NCBI GenBank assembly: GCA_021155885.1
Contig: JAJNBB010000010.1
Span: forward strand, 1-61,897
DNA: 61,897 nucleotides
Reading direction: 5' to 3'
Source of the DNA: Fibrobacteria bacterium
GTDB taxonomy: Bacteria; Fibrobacterota; Fibrobacteria; UBA11236
Under the pieces are notes generated by a model. It was not told the origin of the DNA. It made no database searches and worked only from the letters and a program-made list of their open reading frames with translations. The translations under genes were made by a program, and so were the position numbers. This document shows positions 26,652 through 35,610 of the stretch, piece by piece. Position 1 is the first letter of the stretch; every line of letters starts with the position of its first letter.

Positions 26652-27036
26652 GCACCGGATCGATCGCGATCAGATCCGCCAGGTCGCTGAACGCTTCCAC
26701 CACGGGCGGAAGGAAGATCCCGGCGGCGGCCGGGATCGGCGGGCGCGCTCCGGAATCCGGGTCGCCGGAGGCCGCGGGCAGAAGCAATTGGTGGTCGCGC
26801 ATGCCGTCGATCGCGTTCATCAGCGCCGCGCGGTCGGCGCCCGCCTGCCGCGCGCACAGGGCATCCACCACCTCGAGGGCAGCCCGGGCCTCGCCGAAGG
26901 CGCGCCACAAGTCAACGGCCGCGCCGCCCAAGCTGAAATAAAGGCCGCGCACCACGTCCAATAACACGATTTCTTCTTCGAACTCTTCCGCCGCCAGGCG
27001 GGTGTTGATCCTCAGCAAGGGGTCGTCGGCCATCAT
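26590..27036 (-). CDS. PqqD-family (RRE-type) peptide chaperone with C-terminal extension
   Basis: EEIVLLDVVRGLYFSLGGAAVDLWRAF...ALMNAIDGMRDHQLL, followed by a tail ...LIAIDPVHEVDAATGWP. Confidence 0.7.
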   Translation of the reverse strand: MMADDPLLRINTRLAAEEFEEEIVLLDVVRGLYFSLGGAAVDLWRAFGEARAALEVVDALCARQAGADRAALMNAIDGMRDHQLLLPAASGDPDSGARPPIPAAAGIFLPPVVEAFSDLADLIAIDPVHEVDAATGWPVRPAHFPDAD

Positions 27037-27358
27037 GTTCCATCCGTTCGGTGTAAAAGGCGCCGGGGCGAACCCCGTGAGGCCTATCTTACTTTCGACG
27101 CGCGCCCGGTCGCCATGGGTTTTCTAGTACCCAAATGGCGGCATGCGGGATGGAAAGCCGTTCCGGAGGATTTCGGCGACTATCGGGTGTTTCGGGAAGA
27201 GAGATGGCGCGACGCGGGCGACCGCGGAAGTAGTGGGCGGACGCCCCCCAAACACGCCGGCGAGGGAAAACGAACGGTCCGAGGGGTCCTGAAACCGGGG
27301 CGGCCCAGCGACTTGACGCTGGGAACCCTCCCCGGCGCGGGCGGATGAAACGTCCGAC

Positions 27359-28147
27359 TTACGGTACGGCTACCCGGCGCACCCACGAACGCGTCGAGGT
27401 GCTGGCCCGCACGAAGTAGGCCCCGCTTTTCTCGGGAAGAGCCAACGACAGCGACCCGTTCCCCCGCCCCGTCGCGGAGGCCAAAGTGATCCCGCGAAGA
27501 TCCACCAGTTCCGCCTTCCAGTCCTCCGCGGCGCCTTCGCCCAGGGAAACAACGAGGTTACCCGCTTCCCGCCTTATCCGGAGAGCCTGGCCCGGGGAAG
27601 AACCCCCGCGCACTCCCGCGGTCAGGGCCGTCAAGGTAAAGTCGTCGAAGTTATAGCCATTTACGGCTTCCCCCACGTAGACATGGAAGCGCACCGCGGC
27701 CGACCCCTCGGCTTCCGAAACGTGGCTGAGGGAATACTCCGTCCATTCGGGGGTGAGCCCGAAACTCGTGCCGGTAAGGTAGGTGTAGTCGCCGCCCTGG
27801 ACCGAGACATGGATGTTCGCGGCGGAATCGCTCTTGGCCCAGAACTTGAACTCGTACGTGGCCCCGATTCCCGCGGTCCAGTTCGAAGGCGGCTGGAACT
27901 GGACGTGCCAGTTTTCAGAGGCCGACGCCGCGGGCGTCGTGACTACGACGCGAGCATACCGCGTGCCGGTGCGCGCTCCGGTAGTGGGATAGGTCACCGA
28001 GGCGACCGCCGGGCTGCCGCCCTGCGTGAACAGGGTCCAGCCCGTGCCCCCCGACTCGAAGCCGGGATTCGTGATCAGGTTCTGGCCCAGGGCCGTGGCG
28101 GCAAGACAAAGCGTGATGGCTGTCGTGACTTTAAACATTCGATTCAT
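27359..28147 (-). CDS. Secreted CBM_4_9-like carbohydrate-binding protein with Por/T9SS-like C-terminal tail
   Basis: Signal peptide MNRMFKVTTAITLCLAATALG, NLITNPGFESGGTGW, and C-terminus ...SGAYFVRASTSTRSWVRRVAVP. Confidence 0.65.
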   Translation of the reverse strand: MNRMFKVTTAITLCLAATALGQNLITNPGFESGGTGWTLFTQGGSPAVASVTYPTTGARTGTRYARVVVTTPAASASENWHVQFQPPSNWTAGIGATYEFKFWAKSDSAANIHVSVQGGDYTYLTGTSFGLTPEWTEYSLSHVSEAEGSAAVRFHVYVGEAVNGYNFDDFTLTALTAGVRGGSSPGQALRIRREAGNLVVSLGEGAAEDWKAELVDLRGITLASATGRGNGSLSLALPEKSGAYFVRASTSTRSWVRRVAVP

Positions 28148-28256
28148 ATCCCCTCCAAAGTGTTCTACCGGGAATATAGGGCATTTAAGGCGGGATGGCA
28201 TGGCATCTCCGCTTTCAGTTCCGCGGACCCGGCTTCCCGGGATCCTGTCCGGCCGG

Positions 28257-28559
28257 CTATTCGCCCGGGCGGGTGGAGGACTTGTCGTCCACTCCCGGCA
28301 CCGGGGCGCCGGCGCCCTTCTTCCGCTTGCTCGGGGGCACGGGGATTTCGGGGGGATGCGCCGTATCGACGCGCGGACGCAGGGTATCGGAGGGCGAGGC
28401 GGTGTATTCTTCGTGGTGCGCGCCGGGGCCGGTCAACTCGCGGCCGGTGGAGGTTTTCGGTTCGGGCGTGGTCTTGACGCCGTTGGCGAAAACCGTGTCG
28501 GTGGACATGCCCGCCGCCGCCATCAAAGCGGCGCCGGCGAGGCTGTGGATTCTGGACAT
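28257..28559 (-). CDS. Small secreted hypothetical protein
   Basis: AAGGAGG 6 nt upstream of ATG 28559. Signal peptide MSRIHSLAGAALMAAAGMSTDTVFA. Pro/Thr-rich mature part. Confidence 0.5.
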   Translation of the reverse strand: MSRIHSLAGAALMAAAGMSTDTVFANGVKTTPEPKTSTGRELTGPGAHHEEYTASPSDTLRPRVDTAHPPEIPVPPSKRKKGAGAPVPGVDDKSSTRPGE

Positions 28560-28704
28560 GACATCCTCCTTGATTAAAGGCTTCTTCCCCAATCAGCATA
28601 CAAGGCTGCGGAAAAAAAGTTCATCTCCACGAGTTTCAGATAAAATCCTCAACAAACCCGTAACAAAGTTTTACCGGATGCCTTACGGCGGCTATTTTCC
28701 CTAA

Positions 28705-31395
28705 ATGGAATCCTGGCATATCTTCGACGCCGCCGAGACCCTCCGTCGTCTCCGAACCGACCCTTCGCTAGGACTTGGCCTCGATGAATCCCGCCGGAGG
28801 CTGGAAAAGGAAGGCCCCAATGCCCTGCGCGAAGCCCGGCCCGTCCGCCCGTGGAGGTTGTTTCTCGGGCAGTTCAAAAGCCCCCTGGTGACTTTACTAC
28901 TCGCCGCCGCCCTGGTGGCCGGGCTGCTCGGCGAATGGATCGACAGCATCGCCATCGCCGTCATCGTCTTCCTCAACGCCCTGGTCGGATTCATCCAGGA
29001 GTACCACGCCGAAAAGGCCATCGCCGGCCTTCAGCGGCTCACCGCTCCCCGCGCCCGCATCCTGCGCGGCGGGCGCGACCTCCAGGTGCCCGCCGCCGAG
29101 GTCGTGCCCGGGGATATCCTGTTGCTGGAGGCCGGAGACTTGGTGGCCGCCGACGCGCGCCTCTTGCAGGCCGCCGACCTGCGGGTGCGCGAGGCCGCGT
29201 TGACCGGGGAATCCGAGGCCGTTGCCAAGGACCCGGCAGCCGTGGTGAACGCAAGCACCCCCTTGGGCGACCGCGTGAATCTCGTGTTCATGGGCACCGC
29301 AGTCACCGCCGGCACGGGCCGCGCGGTGGTCACCGTCACGGGGATGAACACCGAGATCGGCCGCATCGCGACGTTGCTAGAAACCGGCGCCGACACGGCG
29401 ACACCCCTGCAGCGGCAGCTCGCGGACTTTGGGACCTGGATCCTGCGGGCGAGCCTGGCGCTGGTGGCCTTGGTTTTTCTTCTCGGCCTGCTGCGCGGCC
29501 AAGGCGCGGGGCCGATGTTCCTCGTGGCGGTGAGCATGGCCGTGGCTGCCGTCCCCGAAGGAATGCCCGCGGTGGTCACCATCGCGCTGGCGCTGGGGGT
29601 CCGGCGCATGGCGCGCCGCCGCGCGCTGATCCGCAGGCTTCCCGCCGCGGAGACCTTGGGGGGCACCACGGTGATTTGCACCGACAAGACCGGAACCCTC
29701 ACCCGCGGCGAGATGGCCGTGCGCGAGTTGTACGTCGCGGGCGCGCCGTTCCGGGTGACGGCCACCGGGGTGGAACCCTGCGGTGACGCGCCGCACGCGG
29801 GCGCCTATGCAAATGCGCTGCGGGAGCAGGCCCTCGTCCACCTCGGGTCGAACAACGCCACCTTGTATCGGGAGGGAACGCTCTGGAAGGCTTCCGGGGA
29901 TCCCACCGAGGCCGCGCTCCTGGTCTCCGCCCGCAAGGCCGCGCCCGGACTGCCCGACGAAGGCGCGGGCGGTGAGGTCCTGCGCGAGTACCCCTTTGAC
30001 TCCGACGTCAAGCGCCACGGCGTCCTGCGCCGCCTGCCCGACGGCCGCGTCCGGCTCCTCGTGAACGGGGCTCCCGACCTGCTGCTGGACCTTTGCTCCC
30101 GCGAGCTCGGTCCGGACGGGCCGCGTCCGTTGACCGCGGATGATCACCGGCGCATCCTGGAGGCCAACGCCGCCATGGCGGAGCGGGCCCTGCGCGTCCT
30201 CGGCTCGGCTTATCGCGACTTCGAGGGCGACTTCAAGGACTTCGCGCCGGGAGAGGCCCTGCCGACGCGCGCCGAGGCGGAACGCGACCTGGTGTTCGCC
30301 GGCCTGGCGGGCATGCAGGACCCGCCGCGCCCGGAGGCGGCCGAGGCGGCGGCGCGCTGCCGCGAGGCGGGCATCCACGTAGTCATGATCACCGGTGACC
30401 ACCCGGGCACGGCGGCGGCCATCGCGCGCGAGCTCGAGATCGCGGGACCCGGAGCGGAGGCCGTCCGGGGAGAGGACCTCGACGCCCTCGACGACGAAGC
30501 GTTGCGCGCGCGCGTGCGGGACGTGCGCGTCTTCGCCCGCGTCACGGCGGCGCACAAGCTGCGCATCGTGAACGCCTGGCGCGCCCATGGAGCCGTGGTG
30601 GCCATGACCGGGGACGGGGTGAACGACGCGCCCGCCCTCAAGGGCGCCGACATCGGCATCGCCATGGGGATCGCGGGCACCGAGGTGACCAAGCAGGCCG
30701 CCGATCTCGTGCTCGCCGACGACAACTTCGCCACCATCGTCTCGGCCGTGGAGGAGGGACGCCGCGTCTACTTCAACATCCGCAAGACCTTGCAGTACCT
30801 GCTGGCTGGCAACGCGGGAGAGCTGCTGGTCATGATCGCCGCGCTGGCCGCGGGCCTGCCCCTTCCCCTGTTGCCCATCCACCTCCTGTGGATCAACCTC
30901 ATCACCGACGGCCTGCCCGCGCTCGTGCTGGCCGCCGACAAGGCCTCTCCGGGATTGATGCGGCGCGGGCCCCGCCCGTCCGGAGAGGCCCTGGTGAACA
31001 AGTCCTTCCTTTGGGGACTTCTTGGCACGGGACTGCTGACGGCCGGAACCTCGCTCACGGCCTACCTGCTCGTGCTCCAAGGTGGGGACGTGGCGGCCGC
31101 GCGCAGCGCCGCCTTCGATACCCTCGTGCTCTCCGAGGTGTTCCGGGCCCTGGCCTACCGCAACAATGAGCAACCTTTCTGGCATGCCGGCTTCCGCGAG
31201 CTGTTCCCGCTCCTGGCGGTGGCGGCCGGCGTGCTGGCGCTTCAGGCCGCCTGCCATGAGATCGGATTCTTGAAGACCGTGCTGCACTTGCGTCCATGGA
31301 CGGGGTCGTCGTTTCTGATGGTGCTCGGCTTGAGCGTGATTCCCCTGATCGTATTGGAAAGCCGGAAGTGGATCCGGAACGCCGGACGCGCTTGA
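28705..31395 (+). CDS. Cation-transporting P-type ATPase (type II, Ca2+/Mg2+-like)
   Basis: TGES, CTDKTGTLT, MITGDH and TGDGVNDAPALK motifs, with 10 predicted TM segments. Confidence 0.9.
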   Translation: MESWHIFDAAETLRRLRTDPSLGLGLDESRRRLEKEGPNALREARPVRPWRLFLGQFKSPLVTLLLAAALVAGLLGEWIDSIAIAVIVFLNALVGFIQEYHAEKAIAGLQRLTAPRARILRGGRDLQVPAAEVVPGDILLLEAGDLVAADARLLQAADLRVREAALTGESEAVAKDPAAVVNASTPLGDRVNLVFMGTAVTAGTGRAVVTVTGMNTEIGRIATLLETGADTATPLQRQLADFGTWILRASLALVALVFLLGLLRGQGAGPMFLVAVSMAVAAVPEGMPAVVTIALALGVRRMARRRALIRRLPAAETLGGTTVICTDKTGTLTRGEMAVRELYVAGAPFRVTATGVEPCGDAPHAGAYANALREQALVHLGSNNATLYREGTLWKASGDPTEAALLVSARKAAPGLPDEGAGGEVLREYPFDSDVKRHGVLRRLPDGRVRLLVNGAPDLLLDLCSRELGPDGPRPLTADDHRRILEANAAMAERALRVLGSAYRDFEGDFKDFAPGEALPTRAEAERDLVFAGLAGMQDPPRPEAAEAAARCREAGIHVVMITGDHPGTAAAIARELEIAGPGAEAVRGEDLDALDDEALRARVRDVRVFARVTAAHKLRIVNAWRAHGAVVAMTGDGVNDAPALKGADIGIAMGIAGTEVTKQAADLVLADDNFATIVSAVEEGRRVYFNIRKTLQYLLAGNAGELLVMIAALAAGLPLPLLPIHLLWINLITDGLPALVLAADKASPGLMRRGPRPSGEALVNKSFLWGLLGTGLLTAGTSLTAYLLVLQGGDVAAARSAAFDTLVLSEVFRALAYRNNEQPFWHAGFRELFPLLAVAAGVLALQAACHEIGFLKTVLHLRPWTGSSFLMVLGLSVIPLIVLESRKWIRNAGRA

Positions 31396-31433
31396 ATACG
31401 ATCGAGGAGTCCGCCGGGCAATCCGCGCTATTC

Positions 31434-32810
31434 ATGCTATACTTGGCCGCTATGCTTCGCCTTCATTTTTTCGGCGCCGCGGGGACCGTGACCGGCTCCC
31501 GCTACCTCGTGGAAACGGACTCCGCCAAAGTGCTGGTGGACTGCGGCCTGTTCCAGGGCTGGAAGGGCCTCCGGGAACGCAACTGGAAGCCCTTCGCGGT
31601 GGACCCGGCCTCCCTTTCCTGCGTGATCCTCACGCATGCCCATCTGGATCATTCCGGGTACCTGCCGCGCCTGCGTCGCCAGGGCTTTCGCGGACGCGTT
31701 TTCTGCACGCACGGCACGCGCGAGCTGCTGGAGATCCTATTGCCCGATTCCGCGCATCTTCAGGAAGAACAGGCCCGGCACGCCAACAAGCGGGGCTATA
31801 GCAAACACCGGCCCGCGGAGCCTTTATATACCCTCGAGGAGGCCGAAGCCTCCCTGGAGCAGGTCGAAAGCGTGGACTATTACCGGACTTTCGCGCCCGC
31901 GCCGGGGTTCGAGGCGCGCTACACGCGCGCCGGTCATATCCTGGGTTCCGGATCGCTGGAGTTGCGGGTCGGAGACCGTTCGATTCTTTTTTCCGGAGAC
32001 CTCGGCCGTCCCTCCGATCCGGTGATGAAACCCGCGGACCCGCCTCCCCAGGCCGACTACATCGTGATGGAATCGACCTACGGGGACCGCCTGCATCCCC
32101 GCGAGGACGTTCTGGAGGCCTTGGAAGGCCTGGTGCGCGACGTCAAGGAGCGGCGCGGGATTCTCATGGTGCCCGCCTTCGCCGTCGGGCGCGCCCAGCA
32201 CCTGCTCCACCTGCTGGCCCAATTGCGGACGGCGCGGCGCATCCCCCAGGTTCCGGTCTACCTCAACAGCCCGATGGGGATCAGCGCCACGGATGCGTTT
32301 CTCCGTCACCCCGAGGATCACAAGCTCTCTGCGAAGGAATGCGCGGCCATGGCCGAGGGCGTGAACTTCGTTCGCACGATCGAGGAGTCCAAGGCGCTGG
32401 ACGCTCTGGACGGCCCTTTGATCGTGATCGCGGGGAGCGGCATGGCCACGGGAGGCCGCATCCTGCATCATTTCGCGCGTCACCTGCCCGATCCGGAAGC
32501 CACCGTGCTGTTCGTGGGCTATCAATCCCCCGGCACGCGCGGCCATGCCATGCTTTCCGGGGCCGGGGAGGTCAAGCTCCAGGGACGTTACGTGCCGGTG
32601 CGGGCTCGTGTGGTCCAGATCGGCGGCCTCTCGGCGCACGCCGACTACCGGGAACTCCTCGCCTGGCTCGAAAAGGGCGCCGCGCCGCGCCGCGTCTTCG
32701 TGACGCACGGGGAACCGGCCGCCGCGGACGCCCTGCGCCTGCGCATACACGACAAGTTCGGTTGGGATGCCGTCGTGCCCGCCGACGGGGAATCCTTCGA
32801 TCTGGATTAA
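31434..32810 (+). CDS. MBL-fold beta-CASP hydrolase (RNA-specificity domain type)
   Basis: LHFFGAAGTVTGSRYLVE...VDCGLFQG...ILTHAHLDHSG...ESTYGDR...HADY motifs. Start at ATG 31434 or 31452. Confidence 0.8.
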   Translation: MLYLAAMLRLHFFGAAGTVTGSRYLVETDSAKVLVDCGLFQGWKGLRERNWKPFAVDPASLSCVILTHAHLDHSGYLPRLRRQGFRGRVFCTHGTRELLEILLPDSAHLQEEQARHANKRGYSKHRPAEPLYTLEEAEASLEQVESVDYYRTFAPAPGFEARYTRAGHILGSGSLELRVGDRSILFSGDLGRPSDPVMKPADPPPQADYIVMESTYGDRLHPREDVLEALEGLVRDVKERRGILMVPAFAVGRAQHLLHLLAQLRTARRIPQVPVYLNSPMGISATDAFLRHPEDHKLSAKECAAMAEGVNFVRTIEESKALDALDGPLIVIAGSGMATGGRILHHFARHLPDPEATVLFVGYQSPGTRGHAMLSGAGEVKLQGRYVPVRARVVQIGGLSAHADYRELLAWLEKGAAPRRVFVTHGEPAAADALRLRIHDKFGWDAVVPADGESFDLD

Positions 32811-32817
32811 GGTTCCG

Positions 32818-33600
32818 TCAAAAGTCCTTCCGGGCCAACCGCCCCAGAAACGCAAGCGCAGGCAAGGCCACCCAAAGCACCAGGGCGCCGAGCGCGGTGA
32901 AGATCCCGAACCCCGTGCCGAAGAAGCGCCTGAAAATGGCGCCCGTGTACCCGAGCATGACCGAGGCGTCCAGTTGCATGAGCACGAGGATGCGCTCCAA
33001 ATCAATCGGATTCAGCAGGATGGCGGTTATGATAAACCGATCCAGGGGGTAGTCGGCCAGGAAGGTCAAAAGAAACAGCAAAAGGCCGTCGTAGAGAAAG
33101 GCCATGGAGAGCCAGAGAAACAACGCGGCCGCGAAACCGCGCAGGGGATCCTCGATCGTGACGGCGATGAGGAAGGCCATCGAAAGAAAGGAAAGGTGGA
33201 GCAAGAGGCCCCCGCCGAGAAACAGGCCCAGCAAGCGCGCGTCTCCCCCATCCTGAAAGCCGAACCAAAGGGTGGGGATGCCGAGGCCGAACGCGAAAGC
33301 GGCGCACAAGGCGATTCCCAAGGCCACCCCCTGCCCCGCCAACAGCGATCTTCGCCCGATGGGCTGGGCCAGCATCAGTTCGTGGAAGCCGCGAGACTGG
33401 TGAAAATAAAGAACGCCGAAGACCAGCGAGCACAAGGGGACGAGGAACAGTACGAGGCTCAAAAGCGCGCCGAGACCCGCGGAAACGCTGGGCGCATAGT
33501 TCATCAGGCCGTAACCGGCCGCGAGATAAAACAGGAAGTACGCCGCGATGAAGCGGCTGCGCAGCAAATCGCGCAGGCAGAAGCGCAGCACCGTCATCAT
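32818..33600 (-). CDS. nosY: ABC-2 type permease NosY
   Basis: 6-TM ABC-2 permease. ATGA-type 4-nt overlap with nosF. Lies within the nos cluster. Confidence 0.75.
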   Translation of the reverse strand: MMTVLRFCLRDLLRSRFIAAYFLFYLAAGYGLMNYAPSVSAGLGALLSLVLFLVPLCSLVFGVLYFHQSRGFHELMLAQPIGRRSLLAGQGVALGIALCAAFAFGLGIPTLWFGFQDGGDARLLGLFLGGGLLLHLSFLSMAFLIAVTIEDPLRGFAAALFLWLSMAFLYDGLLLFLLTFLADYPLDRFIITAILLNPIDLERILVLMQLDASVMLGYTGAIFRRFFGTGFGIFTALGALVLWVALPALAFLGRLARKDF

Positions 33601-34337
33601 ACCGCGGCCTCCGCATCGCTCTCGTGCACCGTTTCTTCCAGATATCCAGCCACATGACGCTCAAACAAGGACGGATTGCTTCCCATTCCCGGGACATCGA
33701 TCGCCGCGACGCATTCCGCCTTGCCCTCGCGCAAGAAGACCAGGCGATCGGAGATTTCCCATAGATCGTCGAGCCGGTGCGTGGTCAGGAGAATGGCCTT
33801 TCCCCGCGCTTTTTCCTCGCGCAAGGCCTCCATCAACCGCAGTCGGGAAGCCGGGTCGAGGCTCGCGGTGGGCTCATCCAGCACCAGCAGGCTCGCATCG
33901 AAGGCAAGCGCCAGCGCGGCGTTGACCTTCTGCTTCATGCCGCCCGAGAGGGTCTTCCATTTCTGGTCGAGGAAGGCGGTGATCCCCAGCCGTTCGCCAT
34001 GCCCGAAACGGGCGCGAACGCTCCGTATGCTTTCCACCAGCCGGGTAATCTCGCGCACGGTCAGGTTTTCGGGGAAGCCGGGAACCTGCGGCATGTAGCC
34101 GATGTGGCGGCGGTAGGCGGGCCCAAGGCGGACGTCCTCGCTCATGACGTGAATCTTCCCGCCATCGGGCACGTGCAAGCCGAGCAGGCAGCGCATGAGG
34201 GTCGTCTTTCCGGACCCGTTGGGCCCCAGGATGGCGGTCACCGTACCCGGCAACGCCTCGAGATTCACTCCCCGTAAAACTTCTTTTTTCCCGTAAGCCT
34301 TGCGAAGGCCCGCGATGCTAAGCGATGCCGTGTTCAT
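33597..34337 (-). CDS. nosF: ABC transporter ATP-binding protein NosF
   Basis: Walker A GPNGSGKTT, signature LSGGMKQK and Walker B LLVLDEP. 4-nt overlaps on both sides. Confidence 0.85.
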   Translation of the reverse strand: MNTASLSIAGLRKAYGKKEVLRGVNLEALPGTVTAILGPNGSGKTTLMRCLLGLHVPDGGKIHVMSEDVRLGPAYRRHIGYMPQVPGFPENLTVREITRLVESIRSVRARFGHGERLGITAFLDQKWKTLSGGMKQKVNAALALAFDASLLVLDEPTASLDPASRLRLMEALREEKARGKAILLTTHRLDDLWEISDRLVFLREGKAECVAAIDVPGMGSNPSLFERHVAGYLEETVHESDAEAAV

Positions 34338-35602
34338 GTTTGCTTTCTGGTTACGCTCGCGCGACCCCGCGGAAGCGGCATGCGGGGCTCCGCATCCTCC
34401 AGGGAGGCCGGCGAAAGCGTGGGGAAAAGTCGTTCCAGGGCGTTTAGCAAGGTCACGAAATGACTTCGCAACAGGGAGGCTGCCTGGGGATGACGCAGCA
34501 TCAGGGCGGGAAAAAGTTCAACCGGGCGGTGCGGAACGTCTCCCGTTCCGTCCCGGTCCAGGTCCCAGCCCGCGTACCGATCCCACGTATTGCGACGAAA
34601 AATGTTGCTGTTACCCATGCTGGGATTGTAGGCCACGTCGAACGTGTTGCTTTCGAAGCGATTGTTTTCGAAAAGGTTCCGGTCGCAATCCGCCAGGATG
34701 CGCAACGCCCAGCCATTGCGGCGAAAATCGTTTCCCGAAACCACCAGGTCGCTGCTGCCTTCCTGAAAGACGGCTACGGTATTATGGGAGAAGGTGTTCC
34801 GCTCGATCCGGCTGTCCCGCAGGGACTTGAGCAGGAGCCCATAGCTGGCCGGCCCCCAGTTCCGCTCGAAGCGATTATCCCGCATGTCCACGCGATCGGA
34901 GTACATCACCGCCACGCCCGCCCCGTTCTCGCGAAAGACGTTGCGCTGGTAGCTGTTTCCGTTGGAGTACATGAAATGCAATCCGTAACGTGCATTACCT
35001 TCGCAGACGTTTCCGCTCACGAAAGTGTTCCCGGTGAATTCGAGGTAAATCCCGTCCCGGTGTCCCTGAACATGATTGTCGGTGATGGTCAGGCTGTCGC
35101 TTTTCCAGAAATGCAGGCCGTTTCCGTTGGAAAGCTCCCCGCTGCGCAGTCCCTCGAAGCGATTCCCCCGGATGACCGCGCCGACCGCCTGAAGGCCGTA
35201 CACGCCGAAGAATGCCCGCTCGAACCGGTTTTTCTCGATATGGACGCCGCGTACCCGGGAGATCCAGATGGCGCCGCTTTCCCGGAGATGATTCACGCCG
35301 ACATTGCGAAAGGTAAGCCCGATGACGGCGACCCCGTCGGCCCGGATGTCGAGGATGGTTTGCCCGCCACGGGCATCGAGAACGGCGCCGGGTTCTCCCA
35401 GAAGGGTGACCTGCCGGCTCGCGACAAGGCCGGATTCATGGTAAAGTCCGGCCGTCACGAGCAAGGTATCGCCCGGTTCGGCCGCGGCGAGGGCCGCGGC
35501 GACGGTTCGATAAGCCTGCCCCGCCCCAACGTGAAGAGACTCGGCGCCTGATGCCTGCGCCAAGAACGCCGCCGCGAACGGGAGGAGATGCGGTAAGCGC
35601 AT
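34334..35602 (-). CDS. nosD: Periplasmic beta-helix copper-binding protein NosD
   Basis: Signal peptide MRLPHLLPFAAAFLAQASGA and repeated right-handed beta-helix units (N.F..N..G....S..N....N). Start at ATG 35602 rather than 35635. Confidence 0.85.
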   Translation of the reverse strand: MRLPHLLPFAAAFLAQASGAESLHVGAGQAYRTVAAALAAAEPGDTLLVTAGLYHESGLVASRQVTLLGEPGAVLDARGGQTILDIRADGVAVIGLTFRNVGVNHLRESGAIWISRVRGVHIEKNRFERAFFGVYGLQAVGAVIRGNRFEGLRSGELSNGNGLHFWKSDSLTITDNHVQGHRDGIYLEFTGNTFVSGNVCEGNARYGLHFMYSNGNSYQRNVFRENGAGVAVMYSDRVDMRDNRFERNWGPASYGLLLKSLRDSRIERNTFSHNTVAVFQEGSSDLVVSGNDFRRNGWALRILADCDRNLFENNRFESNTFDVAYNPSMGNSNIFRRNTWDRYAGWDLDRDGTGDVPHRPVELFPALMLRHPQAASLLRSHFVTLLNALERLFPTLSPASLEDAEPRMPLPRGRASVTRKQT

Positions 35603-35610
35603 GCGTGACC

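Noticed and set aside
21918-27036. Calling the PqqD/HprK-like/sulfotransferase/nucleotidyltransferase operon a lasso-peptide biosynthetic cluster.
   Set aside because: The window contains no Asn-synthetase-like cyclase, no transglutaminase-like leader peptidase and no precursor. Only the accessory gene set is present, so a lasso assignment is unsupported.
27124-27255. 43-codon GTG-initiated minus-strand ORF (FGGRPPTTSAVARVAPSLFPKHPIVAEILRNGFPSRMPPFGY) upstream of the PqqD gene, considered as a possible precursor peptide.
   Set aside because: It has no Shine-Dalgarno sequence and a non-ATG start, and I cannot assess its conservation. Its sequence lacks lasso-like features: there is no Thr at -2 with a Gly1 and Asp/Glu ring pattern. 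It is indistinguishable from noise.
27115-27348. 77-aa plus-strand ORF in the PqqD / CBM intergenic region.
   Set aside because: It has no RBS, and its second half is Gly/Arg/Pro low-complexity sequence typical of non-coding high-GC DNA.
29377-31287. 636-aa minus-strand ORF, together with other long ORFs nested in 28851-30737.
   Set aside because: They lie antisense to or out of frame with the P-type ATPase gene, which carries all canonical motifs.
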